The position numbers and the translations under genes were made by a program. This document shows, piece after piece, positions 1 to 12,750 of a stretch of DNA of 64,000 nt. The first letter of the stretch is position 1. Each line of letters begins with the position of its first letter. The stretch is from Felis catus. Lineage: Eukaryota. The notes under the pieces were generated by a model. It was not told the DNA's origin. It saw only the letters and a list, made by a program, of their open reading frames with translations, and ran no database searches. The DNA is taken from NCBI RefSeq assembly GCF_018350175.1, contig NC_058368.1, forward strand, positions 75,890,001 through 75,954,000, in the 5' to 3' direction.

Positions 1-209
1 AAAAGACAGCTCTGAGCAGAGGCCAGGAGGACAGAGCCTCTAAAGAATCAGGGTAACAGACAGGAAGCAAAGAATCCTGGAATAATAGAGAGATGTTTCC
101 AATGAAGCCTGGCTTGAACTGGTCCCATAGCATTTACAACATTCAATTAGTTCAATTAGACAATTTAGTTAAAACATTTCCCCAAAAATGAGAGGATAAA
201 ACCTTTCTT

Positions 210-418
210 TCTTTTTTTTTTAATGTTTATTCATTATTTGAGTCAACAGAGCATGAGCAGGGGAGGGACAGAGAGAGAGGGAGACACAGAATCTGAAACA
301 GGTTCTAGGCTCTGAGGGGTCAGTATAGAGCCCGATGTGGGGCTCGAACTCATGAACCGCGAGATCATGCCCTGAGGTGAAGTTGGATGCTTAACCGACT
401 GAGCCACCCAGGTGCCCT
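210..418 (-). mobile_element. Can-SINE (tRNA-derived carnivore SINE, felid type)
   Basis: Poly-T, (GA)n body and reverse head ...gagccacccaggtgccc; ~18-bp TSD gag(g/c)ataaaacctttctt at 192-209 and 419-436. Confidence 0.95.
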
Positions 419-898
419 GAGCATAAAACCTTTCTTATGTAATAAACAAAAGGCAAAGTCTACAACCATGTAGTAATTGATTGGTAAGTAACAAGGCCAA
501 AGAAAGAATAAAAATAATTGATGCTAATAAAAAATTACTTTTATTATAGTTTTCTTCTCCCTCAAACTAATATCCAATCATATTGAGAAGTATTTTCTGT
601 TTGGGTTTAGAGTTCATACCAATACTAATACTGTCTTAATTTGTTTCTTTTAAGAGTATTTCTTATGCCTTTCTTTAATATTTTCACATTTTTCATTCTC
701 TCGAGGCAACATGTCTATGGACTTCAAAAGTCAAGAATGGCAGATAAATATTTAAAATCTCAGTTTGAATCATATCTTTTCACAGGCTTTTTGACTGCTG
801 GCATTTATATCTGCTTCTTATTTAAAACCCTCTCAATTCCTAAACTGAAATATTGGATTACTATTCACAATGACAGTTTGGAAATCACTGAAAAGAGA

Positions 899-906
899 TG
901 CACATT

Positions 907-949
<43 letters not shown>

Positions 950-1022
950 AACCTTTAAAGCAAACGAGTTTAAGCATGCCGGGGTGTGTATTTCTTCAAC
1001 AATCAAGTTGCCCCTGCACATT

Positions 1023-1077
<55 letters not shown>

Positions 1078-1146
1078 AACCTTTAAAGCAAACGAGTTTA
1101 AGCATGCCGGGGTGTGTATTTCTTCAACAATCAAGTTGCCCCTGCA
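899..1146. repeat. Tandem duplication of a unit containing a (TG)n microsatellite: (TG)18 and (TG)24 copies
   Basis: Units 899-1014 and 1015-1142 are identical apart from TG count; TGCA occurs at all three junctions. Confidence 0.95.
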
Positions 1147-2591
1147 ATTGCACACTCTTAACTCTGTCTTTCAAAAATAAATGTCCTTTGAGAAAAAGTG
1201 GTCAAGCACTTCTCTCCCTGCCAAACTATTTCTTCCCCAGGGCACTATTTCCCAATTATCCTTTCTTGTCATCATCACCTTCTTCTTGTCTGGGATCATC
1301 AACATTTCAACCAAGTTTCTGTGCTGCAAAGTCACTGGGAAAACCAGGACCCCACACCAAGATGATCATCTCCCAAACACACAAAACGACAATGGGGCAA
1401 GAGAGATCAAATACTTCGGATAGAAAACCGGGATGTTTGTCTCCATAGGTGGCCTAAATGTCTAGTCTGATTAGGAACACTCTTTTAAGCACAAAATACT
1501 ACTTGCCTTGATAGGGAATCCTAACAAAGTATGAAAGCATCTGCCCTGAACCAAAAGGAATGCAGAAAATGAAATATGACTCAAAACGGGGTCCGTCGAG
1601 CAACTCTCTGAACAGATGCAATTTCTTTCTTTAAATACATAAAACATGTACTTGATAGAAGACCAAGGCACCTCATATACTACATTTATTTTTGCAGACA
1701 CCTACGTTTCATTATCTGCCATTCATCAAGAAATGAAGCGGTGGAAAGAACTTGAAATGCAAAATGTTCAATTTCAATTTTGTTTTGGGCAACTGCGGAA
1801 GTGGCTTTTTTGGATATTTCTCTAACACAATAAATGTATACCCTACAGCCAAGGAGACTGTATAAATTTTCCCCTGGCAGAGCTACTATTTCCAATACTA
1901 CTCAAGAGGATATTTTATCTTCGCTGTGTGTAGAAATATACATCTTCAACATTCATTAACATTAGCATTTATTTTGGTTCCTGTTATGCATGCATATACG
2001 TGCTTTTATTTAATAATGTTAGCTAACATTTCCCTTTTTTTTGGTAAATAATGATAGCATAATTTGAAAATTTTGGCCCCGATCCCAGACATGGGTCAAG
2101 CTAATATATGAATACATGTAGTCCGGTTTACTTTTTTATTAGACTTTGCTGTTAACGGACTTTATTTTGGAAACATATTATTCATGCTGTACGTTCTAAA
2201 AACGATTCCAAAGAAGACAAAGACTTGCTGTTGTTGTTGTTGTTGTTGTTGTTTCATAGTTAATCATAATAAGAAGGTGGATCTAATTTGGAAATTCTAA
2301 TTTGCAGCGTATATATTTTGGATAACATGGGAGGCTTAAAATTATGTTGGGCATGATAAATTTTTTCTCGCTTAGTGTCTGGCATGAAATCATGTTTTCC
2401 TTTATTATTTTTGCTTGTCTCAGAACTTGAGAAAAAGGAAAAGTATGCATCTGCAACTAAAGAACGAGTAATAACAGATTTATAATATGTAGAACTGAAC
2501 CCAAACTATTTCTCCTAATACTTTTTGGTTTGGTTTTATCTCAAAATACCATCACCCTTCTCTCAGACATCAAATTTAAAATCTCAGGGTT

Positions 2592-2820
2592 GGGGCACCT
2601 GGGTGGCTCAGTCGGTTAAGCAGCCGACTTTGGCTCAGGTCATGATCTCACAGTCCGTGAGTTCGAGCCCCGCGTCAAGCTCTGTGCTGACAGCTCAGAG
2701 CCTGGAGCTTGTTTCGGATTCTGTGTCTCCCCCTCTCTCTGACCCTCCCCCGTTCATGCTCTGTCTCTCTCTGTCTCAAAAATAAATAAATGTTTTAAAA
2801 ACATTTTTTTAATAAAAAAA
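2592..2820 (+). mobile_element. Can-SINE
   Basis: ggggcacctgggtggctcagtcggttaag head, B-box gttcgagccc, (CT)n, A-rich tail; TSD taaaatctcagggtt at 2577-2591 and 2821-2835. Confidence 0.96.
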
Positions 2821-3129
2821 TAAAATCTCAGGGTTACTTTTGACTCTTCAAGGCATTTTGCTTCTTTTTATTATTTCTATGCTTATAGATCCAACTCAAT
2901 GTTGTCCCTCTGTTGCTTTTAGCCTAAATCAATTTAAGAGTTTCTGATGGTTTTTCATGATTCCCTTTTTCTTTCTAATCTATCATTCCTTTTGGTATCA
3001 GTACAACCTTGGTCATGATATTTGCTTCCTTTTAATTGTTTCTCATTTTCTAATGAATCAAGTTCAATGGAGCATTCAGGTGTCCTGATGATTAGTCTGC
3101 CTAATGCTATAAGTGACTTCTAGTTATTT

Positions 3130-3342
3130 ATTTATTTTTTAACATTTATTTATTTTTGAGACAGAGAGAGACAGAGCATGAATGGGGGAGGGGCAGAGAG
3201 AGAAGGAGACACAGAATCGGAAACAGGCTCCAGGCTCTGAGCCGTCAGCCCAGAGGCTGACGCGGGGCTCGAACTCACAGACCGCGAGATCGTGACCTGG
3301 CTGAAGTCGGACGCTTAACCGACTGCGCCACCCAGGCGCCCC
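3130..3342 (-). mobile_element. Can-SINE, young felid subfamily
   Basis: CpG-rich reverse head ctggctgaagtcggacgcttaaccgactgcgccacccaggcgcccc. Confidence 0.96.
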
Positions 3343-4063
3343 AAAGTTATTTTTAAAGATACTCATCTCAGGATCACACGCATGAGAATCAAATTCACTA
3401 TACTGGGAATGAACATAGGTCTTGAATTGCTCTCAAATTTATGGAATTTTAGTGGTATAATACCACACTGGTCACATAAACCAGTAGCTGGCTAACAACA
3501 GTTGTTAAATATACATTTGTAGAATAAATGGATTATTGATTCTTTGTATGACTAGCTTATTCTCAAGGAAGCCTTTTTTGATCACCTGAACATCAACCTC
3601 CCCTCCTCCACCACCTTTAAAATATTCTTCACGGAGCTTAATACAGTGTGAAATTATCCTACATGTTTGACATTTTTTTCTAACTGGCATATCAGCAACG
3701 TAGAATATAAGCTGCATTAAGAGCAGAGCCCTTGTTTTTATATTTCACCAGAGTCTTGGTGTGTGCAGTAGCATCTGGTAAAGAGTAGGGTCTCAGAAAA
3801 TAGTCGCTAAATGGTGAAATGAGTCCTAGGAGTAGTGTGAACAAAGTGGATGAATAAGCGATTATCGCAAGGATGCTCTCAAATTTTCTGCTATCCAGTC
3901 TAAGGGTCCAGCAACATCTCTAGGAACTCGTGGCTTACGGACTTCTCCGGCTCAACTGCAAAGATTGGCAAGCCTTTTAACTAAGAGCAGCAAGCAGAGT
4001 GTCATGCTGAGATTCAACATTTCAGCCCTCCAGCTCACAGAAGAGCCTGGCTTGGTTCTAGAG

Positions 4064-4238
4064 GAATCTGTGAAACAACTTTCTGCAGCAATGGAAGTGG
4101 TCTGTATCTGTACCCGCCAATATGGTAGCAGGTGGACAGGGCTGTCGAGCATATGGTGAGGGCCATTCAGGAACTGAATTTTTAACATTAATTTAAATAG
4201 CCATATACTGCTAGGGGCTCCCATATTGGACAGTGTTG
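4064..4238. mobile_element. MER3-like hAT-Charlie DNA transposon fossil
   Basis: actttctgcagcaatggaa...ccaatatggtagc...ggaactgaatttttaa...aaatagccatat...tattggacagtg resembles the MER3 consensus; 8-bp ttctagag on both sides, as expected for a hAT TSD. Confidence 0.8.
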
Positions 4239-6156
4239 TTCTAGAGTGTATCGTTCTCCCTCATAGTCAGATCTGGCCATGGTTCCTACCATGACAGCTA
4301 TATCCTATAAAAGATGTTCTAGGAGCCATTTCCACATTTTATGATACTTAGAGCAAAATCCTACTTTCACTGAATAAGGTTCCAGTCCATGAGGATACCT
4401 GGGTTTTCCCCACATCTACCTCCCTTAATTTAGAGTCTGTCTCCCCATGATGCTTTCCCTCATCCTCTTTTGCTTGCCAGTGCTGTGATGTTTGCACAGA
4501 GCCTTGTGCGTGGAGTCAACTGTGGGAAGTCTCTAGAGATGGAATGAGCTCCCACCTTTCCAACTAATGAAGCGCAGGCCAAGCCCTTGGAGTCCCAAAT
4601 CACCCTAATCCCTCCTGAGTATCCGGGCAGGGCGCCTGCTAGAAGAATATGCCCGTGTTCTTATTTCTGGCCTGGAGCCAGCTCCTAACTGATGCTACCT
4701 ATAGCCGCCCTGTTGAGTCTAGCAAGACACTTAAGTCGGGGGTTTGTCATCAGACCATACCAGAAATGGAACTCCAAACAGATATCCTCTGGTTCAGCCA
4801 GAGGATCATTTGGGAACCGCAAACTCTAACGTGTGAACAATATAAACAGTCCACTATACAAACAATCTCTCCTGCCAAAGTCTATAGGCTTATTCATTCC
4901 TGATGTTTTCCATATTTCTCACAATTGCATCCTACAAATTGGCATCAGGTGTGGCAAACTATCATTTTTAAAAATGGGGAAACCTGGGCAAGACAAATCA
5001 CTATCATCTTGAATGTCTACATGCAGGGCCTTAGTAAAATAGCCAAACTACTTCCAATGAGAATAATGAACATTTATTTAATAGCTTAGTGTGTGCAAAT
5101 GGATTAACCACAGTGGTATGGATCTTGAGTCGGATTCACAGTTTTGAAGGATTTGGGATACATCAAACACAGCATCACGTCTGCCAAAGTGACAGCTGGT
5201 GTGCCTGAATTCATCCTAAAACCTGTGTCACAGACTGCAAGTCACTGGGATGAAAATGAAAACAATTAATTCTGGGCAATTCCTAAGTGACCCACGTTTG
5301 GCTCAATACATTCCAAGTATTCAGACCATAGACATTTGAATGAATGTCAGTTTGAACAAAGAATAGAAGCTGAAGCCATAGATAAATTTTCTTTTCTTAA
5401 ATACACATTACGTGCTCCATTAATGTTGGCTATTTTTATGCCCTTATGTGGGCCATCTAGTAATCTGAACGTTACTAACAATTTCTTTAATCTTTGATTC
5501 AAATGTAAACTGGGTTAAATACTTCATAGTTTTCCAATGCCATTGTCTCTGAGAAAGTCTAAAACGTCTTTAATCTCTATTGCTATGTGACTTTTAGCTT
5601 GTCTATTAATTTAGATTCTTCCAGAAGCTAGATTGAACTGTGGTAAAACAGCATAATGCTTTGGACATGTTTTTAAGAGTAGAGAGACTTCAACTCATTT
5701 GCAAGATATAGGACTCTGATTTTTCCAATTAAAATATAACTTTTGGTTGCTGGAGTGTCAATAAACGTTCACACTTATAGTTCAGAAAATGCAACCGTGT
5801 GAAACATATAGATTTTTTAAAGTTTATAAACAGAGATATCTTTCCATGAAAAGCCAAAAATTAAATCCCTTCCTTCAATTTCATGCTCTATTTGTGTGAG
5901 GCAGGAATGTGAGGTGGTGTTTGTGCTTTCACGTGAAAATCTGGAAAACAGCACCTTGTCAATACCTACATGCACAACCCAATCTGGGTCTATCACGCCT
6001 AACTTAATAATTATCTGTCAATGTTAATTTTGTTAAATCTCTAGAGAGTTGTGATTTTTTTTTAAAAAGAGGAATAAGTTAATTATAGCTATCTCATAGA
6101 GCTTTTCTAAACTATCATAATTAACTTAAAAAATCACACGCCAAGATATGGCCTTA

Positions 6157-6636
6157 TGTTAATTTACTATCGCTGCCACAGCAAACTACCACGTATTTAA
6201 GTGGTTAAAAAGCACACTTATTCATTATCTTACAATTCTGTACATCACAAGTTCAACACAGGTCTCATCTAATTAAAACGAAGGTGTCAACAGGGTGGCA
6301 TTCCTGCTGGAGGCTCCAGGAGAGACATAGCTTCTGGAAGCTTCTTGGGTTCCTTGGCTTTAGAGTCCCTTCCTCCATCTTGAAAGCCAGCAATGTTTTC
6401 TCTAACAGACCTTGCATCATTATCCCTCCCTCTGACAACAGCTGGGAAAATTCTTTGCTTTTAAGGACTCATGTGATTAGATTGGACTCACCAGAATAAT
6501 AATCCAGGATACTCTCCCCATTTCAAGATCCTTAACATTCATCACATGTGCAAATTCCCTTTCGCTACGTGAGGTAAAATATGCACAAGTATTAAGACTT
6601 AGACATCTTTGGGACATTATCATTCTGCCTTCCACA
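6157..6636 (-). mobile_element. MaLR solo LTR (MLT1C/D-like)
   Basis: caaactaccac...aaggtgtcaacaggg...ttttaaggactcatgtgattagattgg...aatccaggatactctcc...cattctgccttccaca. Confidence 0.85.
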
Positions 6637-7337
6637 GCCCATGATAGCTTAATAAACACTTTCCTTAACATTTTTCTAAGTTGAATTTTATTTTGCCCAA
6701 AAGGTGCAGACAATCAGAATTTGCATGCTAAATTGTAGATATTTAGATACTTGGCTCATCCTACTTTTAACTTCTGACCAATATTAATGGCTACTTGAAT
6801 ATTCTGGCTACCCAAGTAATTTTATTTACTTTTATTTAGTAGGATAATCTTATTTGAATTAATAGACTGTCTTTCACAACACTGAAAAATTATGTTAGCT
6901 GAGGGTAACTGATATGAAACAGATTTAAAGTCCAATCAATGCCTCACGGAATAATTCGAGAAGCAAAATAATTAGAAACAATTTTCTTTGTAAGGCGTGC
7001 AGTATGTTAATTTCTTCCACTTAGCCTTTAACAAAGCTAAGAATGTTGGAATGAAAACAAGTTTATTGTCTCCTAATGACGGCCATGCCTTGGAACACTG
7101 TTTCCTCCAGAGACTTGTCCCTAGTTTGTGGCAACACAATAAATTGTTATGAAAATAACTGTGGATAAACAGAGTGTAACAACATCAAAAGGAGAGGGAT
7201 CTTGGAATAAATATCTCTTTCATGCTAATCCTGATAGCTGTACAAATACATGAATGAGGAATGTTGAGACAGCAGAGAAAATTTTTCCAAATGTATATTT
7301 CCATCAGATCAAGCCTCAATTTAAAAACAAGTGTAAA

Positions 7338-8116
7338 CATGAAATGATGCTCAACGTCACTCCTCATCAGGGAAATAAAAATCAAAACCACACTGAGATA
7401 CCATCTCACGCCAGTCAGAGTGGCTAAAATGAACAAATCAGGAGACTATAGATGCTGGCAAGGATGTGGAGAAACAGGAACCCTCTTGCACTGTTGGTGG
7501 GAATGCAAATTGGTGCAGCCACTCTGGAAAACAGTGTGGAGGTTCCTCAAAAAATGAAAAATAGATCTACCCTATGACCCAGCAATAGCACTGCTAGGAA
7601 TTTACCCAAGGGATACAGGAGTGCTGAGGCATAGGGGCACTTGTAGCCCGATGTTTATAGCGGCACTTACAACAATAGCCAAATCATGGAAAGAGCCTAA
7701 ATGTCCATCAACTGACGAATGGATAAAAAAGATGTGGTTTATGTATACAATGAAATATTACTTGGCAATGAGAAAGAATGAAATCTGGCCATTTGTAGCA
7801 ACGTGGATGGAACTGGAAGGTATTATGCTAAGTGAAACAGTCAGAGAAAGACAGATACCATATGTTTTCACTCATAGGTGGATCTTGAGAAACTTAACAG
7901 AAGATCATGGGAGGAGGTGAAGGGGGAAAAAAAAGAAGTTGTAGAGAGGGAGGGAGGCAAACCATAAGAGACTCTTGGATACCGAGAACAAACTGAGGGT
8001 TGATGGGGGTTGGGGAGAGGGGAAAGTGGGTGATGGGCACTGAGGAGGGCACTTGTTGGGATGAGCACTGGGTGTTGTATGGAAGCCAATTTGTCAATAA
8101 ATTATATTTAAAAAAA
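7338..8116 (+). mobile_element. 5'-truncated carnivore/felid LINE-1 (ORF2 C-terminus, 3' UTR, A-tail)
   Basis: ORF 7621-7920 gives L1 ORF2p C-terminal motifs (MFIAALTTIAKSWKEPKCPSTDEWIKKMW); carnivore-type 3' UTR ...gatgagcactgggtgttgtatggaa; 16-bp TSD at 7322-7337 and 8117-8132. Confidence 0.95.
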
Positions 8117-8988
8117 TAAAAACAAGCATAAAATGAGAAAAGGCACCAAAAGGCAATATGCTTTAGCATATATAGGCAGAAGTTGGTAAGGTATCTAAAT
8201 TTTTCTATAGGGAGCAGAGATTTATCATCCAGTTCAGGTACTTAAGGACTATACCAAATGGTTCAATAATATCAGTGCTGGACAGAATTGTAAAGGCAAA
8301 ACAGCTGAAGGGCAGAATTTTCTCTGAAATTCCCTTATGATCCCTCCAGTCTTAACCTCCTAGATGCATCACGTTGGACCCTGGCTAAATCTCTCCACTT
8401 CATGTTACAAAACTTCCCTGCTTTGAAACGAATTCTCCTAGGCTTATGAGGGCCTTATGTTCTGATGATGACAATGAGTGAAAAGTAACAGATCTTACAA
8501 ACTCAAGGTTATACATTGCTTTCCAACTATGGTTTCACAACCAAAACATAATTAAAGTAGATTCAAACTGACCTTCTGGTAGCATCCCTTCTTTGGCCAT
8601 CACAGCTCTGAGAGAAGAAGGCCCTGAATTTGTAAAACTAAAAAAAAGAAAAAAAGGAGTATCAAACTGATTTTTGTGATACACAGGGGAAGCAACTGAA
8701 GGACATTTTCTGTAATTACCTAATCTATTTTCATCATATTTCTAAACACTCACAAGTAACACTTAATCTTCTGACAGTTATGTTTTCCCAATTCCTGTTG
8801 ATGCAAAGAGAAACTCTCCATCTCCCTTTTATACCATACTGAGAAACATTTTTAAGTGTTCTATTTCTTGAGTGATTTCTTATTATTTGCTTTTATAATA
8901 CATTCCAACTGCTGGATTTCTACTTGGTTCATCTGCCTACCCATAATTCAATCTTTTTTTCTCGTCTGTAGGCTTGACATCTTTCTTT

Positions 8989-9216
8989 TTTTTTTTTTTT
9001 TAATTTTTTTTTTCAACGTTTATTTATTTTTGGGACAGAGAGAGACAGAGCATGAGCGGGCGAGGGGCAGAGAGAGAGGGAGACACAGAATCAGAAACAG
9101 GCTCCAGGCTCCGAGCCATCAGCCCAGAGCCTGACGCGGGGCTTGAACTCACGGACCGCGAGATCGTGACCTGGCTGAAGTCGGACGCTTAACCGACTGC
9201 GCCACCCAGGCGCCCC
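8989..9216 (-). mobile_element. Can-SINE, young felid subfamily
   Basis: CpG-rich near-consensus copy; TSD acatctttcttt at 8977-8988 and 9217-9228. Confidence 0.97.
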
Positions 9217-11063
9217 ACATCTTTCTTTACTGAGTTAATCACTTTGCTCATTCAGAATTTTCTGTAGTAGGGGTGGGAGGCTGGGTTTGTCTATAATCAC
9301 AACAAACTATCGACAGGAAAAATAATCTCTTAAGGATTACCAAAAATGATTTTTAATACAAAGCAGGTATCTGTGTTACCTAATAAAAAGAGCATAATGC
9401 TTTTACTTCCCAGTTTTTAGCGATTTAACATTTCTATGTGTAACAACTCTGGAACCAGTCTTCAGTTTCCTTCCTTTTTTTCTTTTATTTCTCACCATGA
9501 CTAACAAGTAAATCATGCTTTTGATTTTATGCCTGCTTTTTTTTTTCTCATTTTTAAATCAACCACAGCAAAATAACAACCGGCACATTCATTAATACCG
9601 ACTCTCTATTATATACTGGATATTTATGCATTATAGAGGCTAGGTTTGGTAAAACAAAATTCATTAAGAAATCCTACCTATATGGATATAATAAAGCAGC
9701 ACATAGCTGTAAGGTCAGCCAGAATCCCTTCTGTTACAAAAATACCATGTGATATGTGAATTAGAGCAATTATACCAAAATAATAGTGGTCATATCAAAT
9801 ATGCAGCAAACGTATTTATTTACCAAGACGAAGGATATGAGACTGGAAAATGGTACTGAATCTGGAGTAGGTGCCAGTTCTAGAGGAAAGAATACTAGCA
9901 TAGGTTTGATGTGATAAAAATTACCTAGAAAATGATGTTTTCAAGGGGACTTTTAGGAAGAGTTCATGCTTCAGTACTTAACCTAAGTCAATGGGCTAAG
10001 AATTTCAACTAAGTTTTTGTGATTTACGAGAAAGTAAAGAGGGGAGTACTTATGAACTAGATAGTAAATTAAATGGTGTTAAATAATAATGTGTTAAAAC
10101 TGTTTAATCATAAGTTCATACAGCTATAAAATGAACACATTTCAAACATTTTGCTTAAATCATTAATTAATAAGAGAAACAGCAAGATATTACAACCATT
10201 TCAAAGGAGGAACATTGAAAGCCACATACAGGCAAAGCAGGTCTATTGACAGAGTAACAATCAATTGCATTTCACTGCACACAACTGCATAATTTTTAAA
10301 GAAACTCATTTGCGTGAATATCGTCTCACAATTTATAAAGTTGTAAAATAGCTCAAAAACAATGAAAGCCAGAGATGTCCTGGGCGATTATGCTGGACAG
10401 TTCATTTACTCATCTTTTAATCTATTTCAATTCTTTCATATTTCCCTGACACCCACCTTCACAGTCCATTTCCTTTATACATCAAAATTAAAGGAACAAT
10501 TTATGCCCAGATGACCTAAGATCCCCTCCAAAAACTGCCTTATGGTCAGCAAGTGAAGAAAGGCCGTGTGATAGGGAAGAGTAACCCTCACAGGACTCAC
10601 ACGGGGAAGGGGTGATGGACCGTTCAAGCATAAGACATTGAACTTTAAAAAGGCTACGCATGTGTTACTTAAGTATTTTGAGGGGCTATCCACATCATGT
10701 AAAACAAAGGGTGATGCAATACATTAATTTTTGTTTCTCGGCATCTTAATATTTTGTTTTGTTGTAATTAAATGATTCAAAGTGTAGTCTTATCCAGACA
10801 AAGGAGTCACTCTCAATTTTGGGGTAGCTCTCAAAGCATACTGCATGAATTTCAAGCCACACGCTGTATTTATTACAGTTTTTTTAATAGAAATTTAGTC
10901 CTAACAGCTTAGGTAAAATTAGGTAAACTGGAGAATTCTTATAATCTTTGCACAATCATTAAAATAGCATGTACATTACAAGATGTGATATAGTTAATCT
11001 CTGTATTTGTCAATTTAAGTGCTGCTGCTAGAAAGGAGACAGGGAAGATATAGAAAGGAAAAT

Positions 11064-11429
11064 GAAAGGAAGGAAGGAGGGGAGGAAGGAAGGGAGGAAG
11101 GAAGGAGGGGAAGAAGGAAGGAGGGAAGGGAAGGGAAGGGAAGGGAAGGGAAGGGAAGGGAAGGGAAGGGAAGGGAAGGGAAGGGAAGGGAAGGGAAGGG
11201 AAGGGAAGGAAAGGGAAGGGAAGGAAGGGAGGGGAGGGGAGGGGAGGGGAGGGGAGGGGAGGGGAGGGGAGGGGAGGGGAGGGGAGGGAAGGAAAGGGAA
11301 GGGGAGGAAAGGGAAGGGAAGGGAAGGGAGGAAAGGAAAGGAAAGGAAAGGAAAGGAAAGGAAAGGAAAGGAAAGGAAAGGAAAGGAAAGGAAAGGAAAG
11401 GAAAGGAAAGGAAAGGAAAGGAAAGGAAG
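11064..11429 (+). repeat. Compound polypurine repeat (GGGAA)n/(GGGGA)n/(GGAAA)n
   Basis: About 366 nt containing only A and G on the + strand. Confidence 0.97.
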
Positions 11430-11719
11430 CACATTGAGATGTTTATTTTCAACTGCCACAGAGACATTTATAGAGATGATTATGTATTTGAACCACTTAC
11501 TCCTCACACCAGCCCGTTTATTTAAGCAGGAAAGAAATCTACTTCATTTTAAACTTTGAAGCATAAGAAAACTAAGCGCTTATGCTGAACTTTATGAAAA
11601 CAAACTTTCAGGATTTTTTATATCAGGTAAAATTCTATTTTTAATTTTCTTCTAGATCAAAAAATCTTTATTACCCTATAATACAGTATCTATTTCTAAA
11701 ATGTTTTAAAAATAAGCAT

Positions 11720-12074
11720 TTGCAAAACTATGATGAATAAAATAAAAGAACTAAGTAAGTAGAAAGATGTCCTATAATCATGGATATGAAGATTGAATTT
11801 TATTAAGATGTCAGTTCTCCTAACTTGATCTATAGATTCAATGCAAACCCAATCAAAATCCCAGTAAGTTATTTTGTGAATATTGAAAAATTGATTCTGA
11901 AGTCTATATTAAGAGGCAAAAGACCCAGAATATACAACATGATATTGAAGAAAAAGAATAAATTTGGAGGGCTGATATGAAACTATCATAACCAAGACAG
12001 CATAATACTGATGGAATAACAGACAAATAAATCAGTGGAACAGAATACAAAGCCCAGAAATAGAGCCATACACA

Positions 12075-12125
<51 letters not shown>

Positions 12126-12527
12126 TTAGTCAGCTGATCATTGATAAAGGAGCAAAGGCCATATAATGAAGAAAAGTCAGTCTCTCAACAAATGGCGTTG
12201 GAACCACTAGACATCCATATGCAAAATAACACTCATCATCATCCACATATATACCTTACACTCTCCACAAAAATTAACTCAAAATTACCACACACCTAAA
12301 CATAAAACACAAGATTATAAAACGCCTAGAAGACAACACAGGTGTAAACCCAGATCACCTTGAGTACGCTGATGGATTTTTTTTAGATACAACACCAAAG
12401 GCAGGATCCATGAAATAAGTAATTGATAATCTAGAGTCCATTAAAATTAAAAAAAAAAAATCTGCTCTGTGAAAGACAATGTCAAGAAAATGAGAAACAA
12501 GGCACAGACTGAAAGAGAATTTTTCAG
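11720..12527 (+). mobile_element. Ancient L1M ORF2 fragment with an internal (CA)n at ~12067-12122
   Basis: ttgatctatagattcaatgcaaacccaatcaaaatcccag, aacagacaaataaatcagtggaacagaata, gatttttttagatacaacaccaaaggca are typical L1 ORF2 sequence. Confidence 0.9.
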
Positions 12528-12529
12528 GT

Positions 12530-12680
12530 GGGGCGCCTTGGTGGCTCAGTCGGTTAGTCATCTGACTTGCGCTTCATGGGTTCGAGCCCCGCATCAGGCT
12601 CTGTGCTGACAGCTCAGAGTCAGGAGCCTACTTTGGGTTCTGTGTCTCCCTCTCTCTCTGCCCCTCCCATGCTTATTCTC

Positions 12681-12729
<49 letters not shown>

Positions 12730-12750
12730 AATAAATAAACACTAAAAAAA
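12530..12750 (+). mobile_element. Can-SINE with a small internal deletion and long (CT)n
   Basis: ggggcgccttggtggctcagtcggtt head; aaaataaataaacactaaaa tail. Confidence 0.93.

Noticed and set aside
641..1180. ORFs with CVCVCV/HTHTHT runs
   Set aside because: Produced by (TG)n microsatellites.
2592..2680. tRNA-like A-box/B-box sequences
   Set aside because: These are SINE heads followed by the SINE body and tail, not tRNA genes.
7621..7920. 99-aa ORF with real protein similarity
   Set aside because: It is the C-terminus of L1 ORF2p in a 5'-truncated, promoterless copy, not a host gene.
11015..11559. 150-168 aa ORFs rich in GKGRE/FPSLP repeats
   Set aside because: Translations of the polypurine pentamer repeat, which cannot contain stop codons.
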